In this document: positions 10,803-21,121 of the stretch, piece by piece
Position numbering within the stretch: position 1 is the first letter of the stretch
Layout of the letters: the number at the start of each line of letters is the position of its first letter
Assembly (NCBI GenBank): GCA_959023295.1
Contig: CAUFBM010000009.1
Location: 7,405-71,404, forward strand
Length of the DNA: 64,000 nt
Direction of reading: 5' to 3'
Source of the DNA: an uncultured Collinsella sp.
GTDB taxonomy: Bacteria > Actinomycetota > Coriobacteriia > Coriobacteriales > Coriobacteriaceae
Translations under genes and position numbers: made by a program
Notes under the pieces: model-generated
What the model was told of the DNA's origin: nothing
Seen by the model: only the letters and a program-made list of their open reading frames with translations
Databases searched by the model: none

Positions 10803-11723
10803 ATGCAAAAGGGAGATGCCATGGATGCGGCGGAGCGCTCGGAGCGTATCCCCGATATCGTTATCATCACCGGAATGTCCGGATCGGGCCGAACGCAAGC
10901 CATGCATGTGTTTGAGGACATGGGCTATTTTTGTATCGACAATCTGCCCCCGCGCCTGATTGCCCAGCTCGCAGAGCTCGTTGGCATCAATACGGGCGTT
11001 GGCAGACACCTTGCCGTTACTTGCGACCTTCGTAGCCAGGGCTTGTTCGATGAACTGCTCGATGCTGTTGCCGCACTGGAAGAGCGCGAGATGAGCTGCG
11101 ACATCGTGTTTCTCGAGGCGTCTGACGAGGTGCTGATTCGCCGGTATAGCGAAAACCGTCGCCGCCATCCCATTGCAAAGCCGGGGGAGACCACGGCCGA
11201 CGCTATTCAGCGTGAACGTCTGCAGCTGAAGGGCGTTCGCGATCGAGCGGATATGATTATCGACACGAGCCGCTTGCGCACTTCTGCCTTACGTAACAAG
11301 CTTCGCATGGCTTTTTCCGAGCTGTCCGACCAGCAGCTTATGGATGTCCACGTGTTCTCGTTTGGCTTTAAGCATGGCATGCCCGTTGAGGCGGATATCA
11401 TGATCGATGTTCGCTTCTTGCCCAATCCTTTCTACGATCCCGAGATGCGTACCATGACCGGTCTCGATAAGAAGGTCTCCGATTTTGTCTTGGACCACCC
11501 CAAGACTCAGGAGTTCTGGAAGGCCTGGACCCAGCTGCTCGATACGGTCATGCCGGGTTATATCGCAGAGGGCAAGCCGCAGCTTTCCATTGCCATCGGT
11601 TGCACGGGCGGTCAACACCGCAGCGTTGCCATCGCCGAGGCCACGGCCCGCTATCTGGAGGGTGCTCAGTATCATGTGAGCATCTCCCACCGCGACTTGT
11701 CGCGTGCCAACACAAAGGCATAG
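10803..11723 (+). CDS. rapZ: RNase adapter RapZ / YvcJ P-loop protein
   Basis: ITGMSGSGRT, GYFCIDNLP, SFGFKHG, DVRFLPNP and GCTGGQHRSV motifs; AGGAGG RBS. Confidence 0.95.
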   Translation: MQKGDAMDAAERSERIPDIVIITGMSGSGRTQAMHVFEDMGYFCIDNLPPRLIAQLAELVGINTGVGRHLAVTCDLRSQGLFDELLDAVAALEEREMSCDIVFLEASDEVLIRRYSENRRRHPIAKPGETTADAIQRERLQLKGVRDRADMIIDTSRLRTSALRNKLRMAFSELSDQQLMDVHVFSFGFKHGMPVEADIMIDVRFLPNPFYDPEMRTMTGLDKKVSDFVLDHPKTQEFWKAWTQLLDTVMPGYIAEGKPQLSIAIGCTGGQHRSVAIAEATARYLEGAQYHVSISHRDLSRANTKA

Positions 11724-11729
11724 GTTTAC

Positions 11730-12659
11730 ATGTCGTTTACCGCTGAGGTGCGTGACGAGCTTGCGCGCTGCGAACCGGAATGCGAATACTGCGATTTGTC
11801 GACGCTTGCTGCGCTAACGCGTGTGAGCGGCACGCTTTCGTTGGCGGGCTCGGGACGGTACCGCTTGACGGTCGCGACCGAGACGGGTGCTGTGGCGCGT
11901 ACGATGATTGCGCTGACGCATCGCATCCTTAAGCTCAAGACCGAATTCACCGTTCGTAAATCGGTCTTGCATAAGGTCCGTAACTATCTCATTACCCTGC
12001 CCGATCAACCCGACCTGGACAAGGCTCTGGTGCTGCTGGGCATTCTAGACCGCAGGGGAGGGCTCGTCGCCGGTGTTCCCCGACACATCGTTGCCCGTCC
12101 CTGCTGCAGGCTTGCCTACATCCGCGGCGCGCTCATCGCGGGCGGCTTCGTGGCCGATCCACGCGGCGATTTTCATTTGGAGATCGCCGTGCAGGGCGAG
12201 CAATATGCTAAGGGGCTTTGCGACCTGTTGGGGCAGATTGGGGTCCATGCTCGTGTTAATGCACGGCGGGGGTCATATGCCGTGTACATTAAGAGCGCCG
12301 AGGAAATCGAGCATTTGTTAAAGCTGATTGGTGCCAAGCGCAGCGTTGCCGAGATTGAGGAGGCGCGCGCGGTCAAGTTGGTTAAGAACGATGTGAACCG
12401 TCGCGTGAACGCCGAGCTCGCCAACCAGACCAGAAGCGCCGGTGCTGCCCAACATCAGCTTGCGCTTATCGATGAGCTCGAGCAGTGCGGCCTTCGCGAT
12501 GCGCTTCCGGATGCCTTGGCGGTCTTTTGCGACCTGCGCGAGCGCTATCCCGATCTGTCGCTGCGTGATTTAGGGGAGATGGCTGACCCTCCCTTGTCGA
12601 AGTCGGCCCTCTACCATCGTGTTTTACGTCTTGAAAAGCTCATTGAAGCAAACAAGTAG
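11730..12659 (+). CDS. whiA: DNA-binding protein WhiA
   Basis: MSFTAEVRDEL start, NRRVNAELAN, C-terminal HTH with SKSALYHR; usual position after rapZ. Confidence 0.93.
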   Translation: MSFTAEVRDELARCEPECEYCDLSTLAALTRVSGTLSLAGSGRYRLTVATETGAVARTMIALTHRILKLKTEFTVRKSVLHKVRNYLITLPDQPDLDKALVLLGILDRRGGLVAGVPRHIVARPCCRLAYIRGALIAGGFVADPRGDFHLEIAVQGEQYAKGLCDLLGQIGVHARVNARRGSYAVYIKSAEEIEHLLKLIGAKRSVAEIEEARAVKLVKNDVNRRVNAELANQTRSAGAAQHQLALIDELEQCGLRDALPDALAVFCDLRERYPDLSLRDLGEMADPPLSKSALYHRVLRLEKLIEANK

Positions 12660-12704
12660 TTTAAAGTATTGACGTATATACGGATTTAGCTGCTATTTTA
12701 TTCT

Positions 12705-12718
12705 TTAAAACGTTTTAA
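12705..12718. promoter_or_regulatory. perfect palindromic operator, LacI/cre-like, in the gap promoter region
   Basis: TTAAAACGTTTTAA just downstream of an extended -10-like TGCTATTTT (12691-99). Confidence 0.5.
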
Positions 12719-12852
12719 CGTAAATTTGATTTTCAATTTCGAGCATTCTCGTGAAATTCAAGTCAAAAAAAAGGTATATTAGGCGAGTGGTTAGTTTGTG
12801 GGCCTCAACGGCGGGCGCTGTAGCTTGCGGGGGCCTTACGAAAGGAGACACA

Positions 12853-13878
12853 ATGGCAGTAAAGGTTGCTATTAACGGCTTCGGTCGCATCGGTCGTCTG
12901 GCTTTCCGTCAGATGTTCGGTCATGAGGGCTCCGAGATTGTCGCTATCAACGACCTCACCTCTCCCGATATGCTCGCTTACCTGCTGAAGTACGACTCCA
13001 CGCAGGGCAACTACGCTCGCGATCACGAGGTCGTTGCTGGCGAGGATTCCATCACCGTTGACGGCAAGGAGATCAAGATCTACAAGGAGGCCGACGCCAA
13101 CAACCTGCCTTGGGGCGACCTCGACGTCGACGTCGTTCTCGAGTGCACCGGCTTCTACACCAGCAAGGCTAAGGCTCAGGCCCACATCAACGCTGGCGCC
13201 AAGAAGGTCGTCATCTCCGCTCCGGCCGGCAGCGATCTGCCCACCATCGTGTACAACGTCAACCACGAGACGCTGACCGCTGAGGACAACATCATCTCCG
13301 CTGCTTCCTGCACCACCAACTGCCTCGCCCCGATGGCCAAGGGTCTGAACGACTTCGCTCCCATCGTGTCCGGCATCATGACCACCATTCACGCCTGGAC
13401 CGGCGACCAGATGCCGCTCGACGGCCCGCAGCGCAAGGGCAACAAGCGTCGTAGCCGCGCCTGCGCCGTCAACATCGTCCCCAACACCACCGGTGCTGCC
13501 AAGGCTATCGGCCTGGTTCTCCCCGAGCTCAACGGTAAGCTCATCGGTGCCGCCCAGCGCGTCCCGACGCCGACCGGCTCCATCACCAACCTCTACGCTG
13601 TTGTTGACAAGAAGGTCACCGTCGACGAGGTCAACGCCGCTATGAAGGCCTACGCTTCCACCATCTCCGAGACCTTCGGTTACAACGAGGACGACATCGT
13701 CTCCACCGACATCATCGGCGAGACCCACGGCTCCATCTTCGACGCCACTCAGACCATGTGCTCTGACCTCGGCAACGGCCAGACCCTCGTTCAGGTCACC
13801 TCTTGGTACGACAACGAGAACTCCTACACCTCTCAGATGGTCCGCACCATCAAGTACTTCGAGAAGTTCGTTGCTTAA
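12853..13878 (+). CDS. gap: glyceraldehyde-3-phosphate dehydrogenase, type I
   Basis: INGFGRIGR and [10 protein letters not shown] motifs; AAAGGAG RBS before ATG 12853. Confidence 0.99.
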   Translation: MAVKVAINGFGRIGRLAFRQMFGHEGSEIVAINDLTSPDMLAYLLKYDSTQGNYARDHEVVAGEDSITVDGKEIKIYKEADANNLPWGDLDVDVVLECTGFYTSKAKAQAHINAGAKKVVISAPAGSDLPTIVYNVNHETLTAEDNIISAASCTTNCLAPMAKGLNDFAPIVSGIMTTIHAWTGDQMPLDGPQRKGNKRRSRACAVNIVPNTTGAAKAIGLVLPELNGKLIGAAQRVPTPTGSITNLYAVVDKKVTVDEVNAAMKAYASTISETFGYNEDDIVSTDIIGETHGSIFDATQTMCSDLGNGQTLVQVTSWYDNENSYTSQMVRTIKYFEKFVA

Positions 13879-13915
13879 TTTAGCTTTTAGCGAATAGCTC
13901 GTTGAGCGTCTAAAG

Positions 13916-13963
13916 AAGGGCGCGGCCTCATAGGGCTTACACCCTAGGGTCGCGCCCTTTTTA
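13916..13963 (+). terminator. terminator or mRNA-stabilising hairpin after gap
   Basis: AAGGGCGCGGCC...GGTCGCGCCCTT followed by a T-run. Confidence 0.7.
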
Positions 13964-14018
13964 TAGGAAATCGTCTGCCGTAATGGGAGGCAGACACGTA
14001 CGAAAGGTAGAAGCAAAC

Positions 14019-15209
14019 ATGGCCTTTACCAAGAAGACCGTCCGCGACATCGATGTCGACGGCAAGCGCGTTCTCGTCCGCGTTGACTTCAACGTGCCTA
14101 TCAAGGATGGCGTCGTTGGCGATACCACCCGCATCAAGGCTGCCCTGCCCACCATCAACTACCTCGTTGAGCACAACGCTCGCGTCATCCTCATGAGCCA
14201 CCTCGGCCGTCCCGATGGCACCGGCTTCCAGCCCGAGCTCTCCCTTGAGCCTGTCGCCAAGAAGCTCGCTGAGCTCTCTGGTCTCGATGTTGCCTTTGTC
14301 GCCGACACCTACGGCGAGAAGGCTGCTGAGGCTGTTGCCGCCGTCGAGCCGGGCAAGGTCCTCGTTCTCGAGAACGTCCGTTTTGACAAGCGCGAGAAGA
14401 AGAACGATCCCGAGATCGCCAAGAAGCTCGCTTCCTATGGTGACGTCTTCGTTCTCGATGCTTTCGGTACCGCTCACCGCGCCCAGGGTTCCGTCGTGGG
14501 TCCCGCCGCTTACCTGCCTGCCGTCGCCGGCTTCCTGCTCGAGAAGGAGGTCGACACGCTGACCGGCATCTTCGCCGAGCCCGAGCGCCCCTTCGTCGCT
14601 ATCGTCGGCGGTTCCAAGGTTTCCTCCAAGATCGGCGTTCTCGATCACCTCATCGACTCCGCTGACACCCTGATCATCGGTGGCGGCATGGCCTACACCT
14701 TCTTCCTGGCTCAGGGCCTGACCGTCGGTCAGTCCCTCAAGGAAGAGGACTGGGTCGAGCGCGCCGGCGAGATGCTCAAGAAGGCCGAGGAGAAGGGCGT
14801 CAAGATCCTGCTCCCCATCGACAACCGCGTTGCTGATCACTTTGGCGAGGATGCTGTCCCCGAGGTTGTCGCTTCCGACGCTATCCCCGACGACCGTGAG
14901 GGTATGGACATCGGCCCCAAGACCGAGGAGCTCTACGCCGAGGCTGTCAAGGGTGCCAAGACTGTGTTCTGGAATGGCCCCATGGGCGTCTTCGAGTTCG
15001 ATAACTTCGCTCACGGCACCCAGGCTATCGCCGAGGCTGTCGCCGAGGCTGATTGCACCTCGATCATCGGTGGTGGCGACTCTGTCGCAGCCGTCAACAA
15101 GTTCAACCTGGCCGACAAGATGAGCTGGATCTCTACCGGTGGTGGCGCTTCCATGGAGCTCGTCGAGGGTAAGGCCCTGCCCGGAGTGGAGGCGCTTCTC
15201 GATGCCTAA
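14019..15209 (+). CDS. pgk: phosphoglycerate kinase
   Basis: RVDFNVP, SHLGRP, DAFGTAHR, WNGPMGVFE and STGGGAS motifs. Confidence 0.99.
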   Translation: MAFTKKTVRDIDVDGKRVLVRVDFNVPIKDGVVGDTTRIKAALPTINYLVEHNARVILMSHLGRPDGTGFQPELSLEPVAKKLAELSGLDVAFVADTYGEKAAEAVAAVEPGKVLVLENVRFDKREKKNDPEIAKKLASYGDVFVLDAFGTAHRAQGSVVGPAAYLPAVAGFLLEKEVDTLTGIFAEPERPFVAIVGGSKVSSKIGVLDHLIDSADTLIIGGGMAYTFFLAQGLTVGQSLKEEDWVERAGEMLKKAEEKGVKILLPIDNRVADHFGEDAVPEVVASDAIPDDREGMDIGPKTEELYAEAVKGAKTVFWNGPMGVFEFDNFAHGTQAIAEAVAEADCTSIIGGGDSVAAVNKFNLADKMSWISTGGGASMELVEGKALPGVEALLDA

Positions 15210-15969
15210 TCGCACCCTTCTTATCGCTGGTAACTGGAAGATGAACAACGACGTCGCCGAGGCCGCCAAGCTCGCCGACGAGCTGGCTCAGGCTCTGCCC
15301 GAGGTTCCGGCTGGCGTCGAGGTGCTCGTCTGCCCTCCGACCATCGACATCACCACGGTTCATGACCGTATTCAGGCTGCCCCCATCGCCCTCGGTGCAC
15401 AGAACGTGTACTGGGAGGCCAAGGGTGCCTTCACCGGTGAGTCTTCTTGCGACATGCTCAAGTCCGCTGGCTGCACCTACTGCATCATCGGTCACTCCGA
15501 GCGTCGTGATTACTTCCACGAGACCGACGAGGATCAGAACAAGAAGGCCAAGGCCCTCGTTGCCGCCGGTCTTGTTCCTGTCTTCTGCTGCGGCGAGTCC
15601 CTTGAGGTCCGCGAGGCCGGCACCTATGTCGAGCACGTCGTGAACCAGGTCAAGGCTGGTCTCGAGGGTCTCGAGATCACTTGCCCCAAGCAGGTCGTCG
15701 TCGCCTACGAGCCCATCTGGGCCATCGGCACCGGCAAGACCGCTACCGCCGAGGACGCTCAGGAGGTCTGCGGCGCTATCCGTGAGACCCTCAAGGAGAT
15801 GTTCGGTGAGGAGCTCGCCGACGGCATCCGCGTTCTCTATGGTGGCTCTGCCAAGCCCGGCAACATCGCCGAGCTCGTCGCCAAGCCCGACGTCGACGGC
15901 GCCCTCGTGGGCGGCGCTTCGCTCAAGGCTGCCGACTTCGCCTCTATGGTCGTCAAGGCAGGCGAGTAG
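15202..15969 (+). CDS. tpiA: triosephosphate isomerase
   Basis: AGNWKMN, GHSERR, AYEPIWAIGTG and LVGGASL motifs; start overlaps the pgk stop. Confidence 0.99.
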   Translation: MPNRTLLIAGNWKMNNDVAEAAKLADELAQALPEVPAGVEVLVCPPTIDITTVHDRIQAAPIALGAQNVYWEAKGAFTGESSCDMLKSAGCTYCIIGHSERRDYFHETDEDQNKKAKALVAAGLVPVFCCGESLEVREAGTYVEHVVNQVKAGLEGLEITCPKQVVVAYEPIWAIGTGKTATAEDAQEVCGAIRETLKEMFGEELADGIRVLYGGSAKPGNIAELVAKPDVDGALVGGASLKAADFASMVVKAGE

Positions 15970-15974
15970 GACAT

Positions 15975-17528
15975 ATGGCACAGCGTCATCTTCCTGCACT
16001 CCTGATCATCATGGATGGTTGCGGCCTGGCTCCGGCCGATGGCGAGAACGCCGTCGCCGCTGCCAAGACGCCCTTCCTCGATAGCCTGTACGAGAAGTAC
16101 CCCCACACCACGCTCGGCGCTTCGGGCGAGGACGTGGGTCTTCCCGATGGCCAGATGGGCAACTCCGAGGTGGGTCACCTCAACATCGGTGCCGGCCGCA
16201 TCGTGTTCCAGGAGCTTTCGCGCATCAACAATGCCATCAAGGACGGCTCCATCGCCAAGAACGAGGTCTTCGTCAAGGCTATGGACGACGTCAAGGCTGA
16301 CGGCAAGACTCTCCACCTCATGGGCCTTATGAGCCCTGGCGGTGTTCATTCTCATATGAGCCACGTCGAGGCTCTGGTCAAGATGGCTGCCGAGCACGGT
16401 GTCAAGACCGTTCGCGTCCACGCCTTCATGGATGGTCGCGACGTTGACCCGCAGTCCGGTGCCGGTTACATGAGTGAGTTCTGCGCCTTCCTGGCTAAGA
16501 TCTCCGAGGAGACCGGTTGCGACGCTCGCGTTGCCACCGTCTCGGGCCGTTATTGGGCCATGGACCGCGACAACCGTTGGGAGCGCATCCAGCGCGCCTA
16601 CGATGTCATGGTCAACGCATCCGATGCCGATACCGACCCTGTTGCCGGTATCAAGGCCTACTACGAGAAGGATCCGCGCGGCGACGAGTTCGTCGAGCCC
16701 TTCGCTGCCCACAACGAGGGCATCCACGAGGGCGACGCGGCCATCTTCTTCAACTTCCGTCCCGACCGCGCTCGTCAGATGACTCGCGTGTTCACGGACA
16801 AGGAGTTCGACGGCTTTGAGCGCGAGCAGATCAAGCTTTCGCACTTTGTGACGATGACCGAGTACGACCCGACGTTTGACGTCGAGGTCGCCTTCCCCAA
16901 GACGTTCCCCGAGAACGTTCTGGCCGACGTTATCGCCGCCAATGGCCTGAAGCAGCTGCACACCGCCGAGACCGAGAAGTACGCCCACGTGACGTTCTTC
17001 CTCAACGGCGGCATCGAGGAGCCCAAGGAGGGCGAGGAGCGCGTGCTCGTCGCTTCTCCCAAGGTCGCTACCTACGACCTGCAACCTGAGATGAGCGCTC
17101 CCGAGGTTACCGAGAAGCTTGTCGCCGCCATCAACGAGGATCGCGCTGATTTCTACATCGTGAACTTCGCAAACTGCGACATGGTTGGTCACACCGGTGT
17201 CTTCGACGCTGCCGTTAAGGCCGTCGAGGCTGTTGACGATGCCCTGTCCAAGGTTGTCCCGGCGATTCTCGCTAAGGGCGGCTTTGCGCTGATTACCGCC
17301 GATCACGGCAACGCCGATCACATGTTTGACGTTGCTTCCGACGGTTCCAAGCATCCGTTCACGGCTCACACCACCAACCGCGTGCCGTTCATCATCGTTG
17401 ATGAGAAGGCACAGCTCACCGGTATCGAGGACGGCCGTCTTTCCGATATCGCTCCGACCATGCTCACCATGGCTGGTATTGAGCCTTCCGCCGAGATGAC
17501 GGGTCGCGTACTCGCCACCGAGGCCTAA
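15975..17528 (+). CDS. gpmI: 2,3-bisphosphoglycerate-independent phosphoglycerate mutase
   Basis: GQMGNSEVGH, GRYWAMDRD, ETEKYAHVT, DMVGHTG and TADHGNA motifs. Confidence 0.98.
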   Translation: MAQRHLPALLIIMDGCGLAPADGENAVAAAKTPFLDSLYEKYPHTTLGASGEDVGLPDGQMGNSEVGHLNIGAGRIVFQELSRINNAIKDGSIAKNEVFVKAMDDVKADGKTLHLMGLMSPGGVHSHMSHVEALVKMAAEHGVKTVRVHAFMDGRDVDPQSGAGYMSEFCAFLAKISEETGCDARVATVSGRYWAMDRDNRWERIQRAYDVMVNASDADTDPVAGIKAYYEKDPRGDEFVEPFAAHNEGIHEGDAAIFFNFRPDRARQMTRVFTDKEFDGFEREQIKLSHFVTMTEYDPTFDVEVAFPKTFPENVLADVIAANGLKQLHTAETEKYAHVTFFLNGGIEEPKEGEERVLVASPKVATYDLQPEMSAPEVTEKLVAAINEDRADFYIVNFANCDMVGHTGVFDAAVKAVEAVDDALSKVVPAILAKGGFALITADHGNADHMFDVASDGSKHPFTAHTTNRVPFIIVDEKAQLTGIEDGRLSDIAPTMLTMAGIEPSAEMTGRVLATEA

Positions 17529-17553
17529 TAGAAAACAAATACCGTTTTCTAGT

Positions 17554-17590
17554 AAGGGGGTTGTCCACAACCGGACAACCCTCTTTTTTT
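17554..17590 (+). terminator. intrinsic terminator after gpmI
   Basis: GGGGGTTGTCC/GGACAACCCTC stem followed by T7. Confidence 0.8.
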
Positions 17591-17687
17591 GCGCTATTTC
17601 TACCTCGTCACCAAATGGCTGATGGGGGAGTGCTGGGGGTTGTGGTACAGTACTGGAGTTTGAATTGTTCTATTAAGGAGCTTATCT

Positions 17688-17942
17688 ATGGGTCCGTTTC
17701 AGATTCTTCTGTTTGTCGTTTGGGCTGTCTCTGCCGTGGCGCTGACGATTCTCGTCCTGATGCACTCTGGTAAGGGCACCGGCGTTTCGGATATGATCGC
17801 TAGCTCGCTGTATAACTCCAGCTCTGCCACGGGCGTCATGGAGCAGAACCTCGATCGCCTGACGGTAATTATGGCCGTCGTTTTTGCCGTGTGTGTCGTC
17901 CTGTGCATGTTCTTCTTCCCGCAGGGTATCGTCGGCTACTAA
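17688..17942 (+). CDS. secG: preprotein translocase subunit SecG
   Basis: 84 aa, two TM helices, HSGKGTGVSD and EQNLDRLT; conserved position after the glycolytic cluster. Confidence 0.92.
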   Translation: MGPFQILLFVVWAVSAVALTILVLMHSGKGTGVSDMIASSLYNSSSATGVMEQNLDRLTVIMAVVFAVCVVLCMFFFPQGIVGY

Positions 17943-17964
17943 GCACGAGCCACATAAATACTTG

Positions 17965-17996
17965 AAAAGGGTTCCGCAAGTGCGGGACCCTTTTTG
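17965..17996 (+). terminator. intrinsic terminator after secG
   Basis: AAAAGGGTTCCGC/GCGGGACCCTTTT stem. Confidence 0.8.
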
Positions 17997-18236
17997 TTTA
18001 CATATTTGTAACAGAGCCAAAATATCCCCACATACTTCGCCCAACTAAAGAAATTCTCGACCGTTGACCGGAATTAGCCCCAAATCGTGCATAAAATGCG
18101 CTACTGTATTGAGAAACGTTGGTTCGTTGTGCATAACCAGCCATAGCAACGGGCGGCGTTTTGATGGTTCGGATCGGATTGTCTCGACATGTGTCCGACT
18201 GAACATTTCTTTGTCCTATCTCATAAGGAGGATGGC

Positions 18237-19913
18237 ATGGCTGATTCTATGTTCCACCAGCCCGTTATGGGTCGTCGCGCCTTTGTCGGCGGTACCCTTG
18301 CTGCGAGCTCCATGGCTTTTCTTGCCGCATGCGGCAAGAAGGGCGGCGACGCTTCCGGTTCTGAGTCCGGTTCGAAGCTGAACTTCTACATCAACAACCC
18401 GGTCTGCATCGACCCCTACAATGTCCAGGAGGACCAGGGCACTCAGGTCGAGTACCAGCTCTTTGATGCTCTGACCTCTTATGACGCCGAGAAGGGCGAG
18501 ATCGTTCCGCTGGCTTGCGAGTCCTTCGAGGCCAACGACGACGCCACCGAGTTCACCTTCAAGATCAAGAAGGCCAAGTTCCACAACGGTGACGACGTTA
18601 CCTCCAAGTCCTTCAAGCTCGGTTGGGAGCGTCTGGTCAACACCAAGTCGGCTGTCGCTACCGAGTACGGCCCTTCCGAGGTCTCCTATCACCTTTCCAT
18701 GGTCGAGGGCTATGACGATCTGCTTGCCGGTAACGCTACCGAGCTCAGCGGTGTTACCTGCCCCGACGATGAGACCCTCGTCGTCAAGCTGGCTTCCGCT
18801 TACGCCGACTTCCCCTTCGTCGCCTCTCACCCGGCTCTGGCCCCGGTTCCCGAGTGCGCCGAGTCCGATGTCAAGAGCTTCTACCTCGCCCCGGTCGGTA
18901 ACGGCCCGTTCATGATGGACGGCAAGTGGGAGGATGGCCAGGAGATCAACGTCAAGAAGTTCGACGATTACTATGGCGACAAGGCCAAGATCGATGGCAT
19001 CCACTTCCAGGTCATCAAGGACATGGAGACCGCCTACAAGGAGTTCCAGGCCGGTAACCTCGATGTCTGCGACGTTCCCGTCGCTCAGATCGACGCCGCC
19101 AAGAAGGATCGCGGCGTGTCCAAGGACGGCTACACCATGGGTGACGGCGAGCGCATGCTGCTCGGCGCCGAGCCTTCCACGTACTATCTGACCTGCAACA
19201 CCACGGCCGAGCCGTTCAGCAACGCCGACCTGCGCAGGGGTATCTCCCTGGCCATCAACCGTGAGGCCATCTGCAAGACCATCTTCAAGGGTACCCGTAC
19301 TCCTGCCGACGGCATTGTTCCTCCGGGCATCGATGGCTACAAGGAGGGCGCATGGGAGTTCTGCGCCTACGATGTCGACAAGGCTAACGAGTACCTCGAC
19401 AAGGTTGCTCCCGCTGGCGCTAACGGGGATCGTGGCATTAGCGTGACCCTGTCCTACAACCAGGACGGCGGTCACAAGGAGATCATGGAGTCCATCATCG
19501 GTGACCTCGCCAAGGTTGGCGTTACCGCTGTCTCCGATACCCCTGAGTGGTCTGCCCTGCTCGAGCAGTATCAGAACTTTAACTATCAGTTCGGTCGTCT
19601 GGGTTGGATTGCCGACTACCCGATCATGGACAACTTCCTGTATCCGCTGTTCCACTCCGACTCCCTCGGTGGCGACAACCGCTCCGGTTACAACAACCCC
19701 GAGTTCGACGCCAAGGTCGACGAGGCTCGTACTATTGTTGACGACGAGGAGCGCGTCGCTAAGATGCAGGAGGCCGACGCAATGGTCGCTGCCGACTGCC
19801 CGGTCATCCCGATTATGTTCTACACGCACACCATCGCCGGCTCCGATCGCATTAAGCACCTCTATGTCGATCCGCAGAAGCACGCCGATCTGGGTACCGC
19901 TGAGCTCGCCTAA
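18237..19913 (+). CDS. peptide ABC transporter substrate-binding lipoprotein (family 5) with Tat-type signal
   Basis: GRRAFVGG...FLAAC (twin arginine plus lipobox), PVGNGPF and GWIADYP motifs; AAGGAGG RBS. Confidence 0.92.
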   Translation: MADSMFHQPVMGRRAFVGGTLAASSMAFLAACGKKGGDASGSESGSKLNFYINNPVCIDPYNVQEDQGTQVEYQLFDALTSYDAEKGEIVPLACESFEANDDATEFTFKIKKAKFHNGDDVTSKSFKLGWERLVNTKSAVATEYGPSEVSYHLSMVEGYDDLLAGNATELSGVTCPDDETLVVKLASAYADFPFVASHPALAPVPECAESDVKSFYLAPVGNGPFMMDGKWEDGQEINVKKFDDYYGDKAKIDGIHFQVIKDMETAYKEFQAGNLDVCDVPVAQIDAAKKDRGVSKDGYTMGDGERMLLGAEPSTYYLTCNTTAEPFSNADLRRGISLAINREAICKTIFKGTRTPADGIVPPGIDGYKEGAWEFCAYDVDKANEYLDKVAPAGANGDRGISVTLSYNQDGGHKEIMESIIGDLAKVGVTAVSDTPEWSALLEQYQNFNYQFGRLGWIADYPIMDNFLYPLFHSDSLGGDNRSGYNNPEFDAKVDEARTIVDDEERVAKMQEADAMVAADCPVIPIMFYTHTIAGSDRIKHLYVDPQKHADLGTAELA

Positions 19914-20069
19914 GAGTTTGCAGCTTCCGTGAGGGTCAAGTATTTACGTAGACCTCATGGGAAACATACAGTTCTCCCTAACCTGGGGTAAACTGGCTGA
20001 TGGTAATTTTGGGATGCCGGTCTGGCGATCGGCATCCCATTTAGGTTAATCCCTAGATAGGGGAGTGGT

Positions 20070-21107
20070 ATGGGTAAGTACATCGTTAAACGTGTGCTTC
20101 AGTTCATCCCGGTGTTTTTGGGCGTTACGCTGATTCTGTTCGCCCTCCAGAATATCGTGCCGGGAGATCCGATCAAGCTGATCGGTGGAGACAAGGCTCT
20201 GTCCCCCGAGGTGGAGCTTCAGCTTCGCGTTCGCTATCACCTGGTCCAGACGGACGATGACGGCAACGCGATCCTTGACGAGAACGGCGACCCCGTTCAA
20301 ACGTCGCTCGTGGACCGTTACTTGTATTACATGAACGGCCTGCTTCATGGCGATCTGGGCAATTCGTATCAGCGCAAGCTGCCGGTTACGGAAATCTTTG
20401 CCCAGAAGTATCCGTATACGGTCAAACTTGCCGCGTGCGCCATCGTGCTCGAGGCAATTATGGGTATCGGTGCGGGTATCATTTCGGCGGTAAAGCGTTA
20501 TTCCTTCTGGGATATTTTGGTAACGCTCACCACGTCGATCCTCGTTGCGGTCCCGGCCTTCTGGCTCGGTATGTTGCTGCAGCTGTTCTTTGGCGTCATC
20601 CTCAAGGACGCCACGGGCGGTGCAATCTCCATGCCGATCTCGGGTGCCGGCGGTTCCAGCTCTCAGTATCAGGATTGGATGCACTATGTGCTTCCGACCA
20701 TTACGCTGGCTTCGGTTTCGACCGCTTATGCTGCGCGCATTATGCGCTCGCAGCTGCTTGACGTCATGAACCAGGATTACATCCGTACGGCAAAGGCCAA
20801 GGGTCTCTCCAATCGTGCGATCATCGTCAAGCATGCGCTTAAGAATGCACTCATCCCCGTCGTTACCTATATTGGTGTCGACTTTGGCGGCATGCTTTCG
20901 GGCGCCATCCTGACCGAGACGGTCTTCAACTGGCCCGGTATCGGCTATGAGGTCTATCGCGCCATTAGCATGCGTGACTGGCCCATCGTTATGGGCGGCG
21001 TTACGCTCATCGTTGTCGTCGTCATGGTGATCAACCTGCTCGTCGACATTAGCTATGCATTCCTCGACCCGCGCATCCGCCTTGGCGGTCCGTCGGATAA
21101 GGCCTAA
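20070..21107 (+). CDS. peptide ABC transporter permease (OppB/DppB-like)
   Basis: PGDP, DYIRTAKAKG, TETVFNWPGIG and LDPRIR motifs. Confidence 0.95.
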   Translation: MGKYIVKRVLQFIPVFLGVTLILFALQNIVPGDPIKLIGGDKALSPEVELQLRVRYHLVQTDDDGNAILDENGDPVQTSLVDRYLYYMNGLLHGDLGNSYQRKLPVTEIFAQKYPYTVKLAACAIVLEAIMGIGAGIISAVKRYSFWDILVTLTTSILVAVPAFWLGMLLQLFFGVILKDATGGAISMPISGAGGSSSQYQDWMHYVLPTITLASVSTAYAARIMRSQLLDVMNQDYIRTAKAKGLSNRAIIVKHALKNALIPVVTYIGVDFGGMLSGAILTETVFNWPGIGYEVYRAISMRDWPIVMGGVTLIVVVVMVINLLVDISYAFLDPRIRLGGPSDKA

Positions 21108-21121
21108 GGGAGGTACGTCTC

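Noticed and set aside
17561..17569. TTGTCCACA, matching an actinobacterial DnaA box
   Set aside because: Single copy forming part of the gpmI terminator hairpin; no box cluster or origin context.
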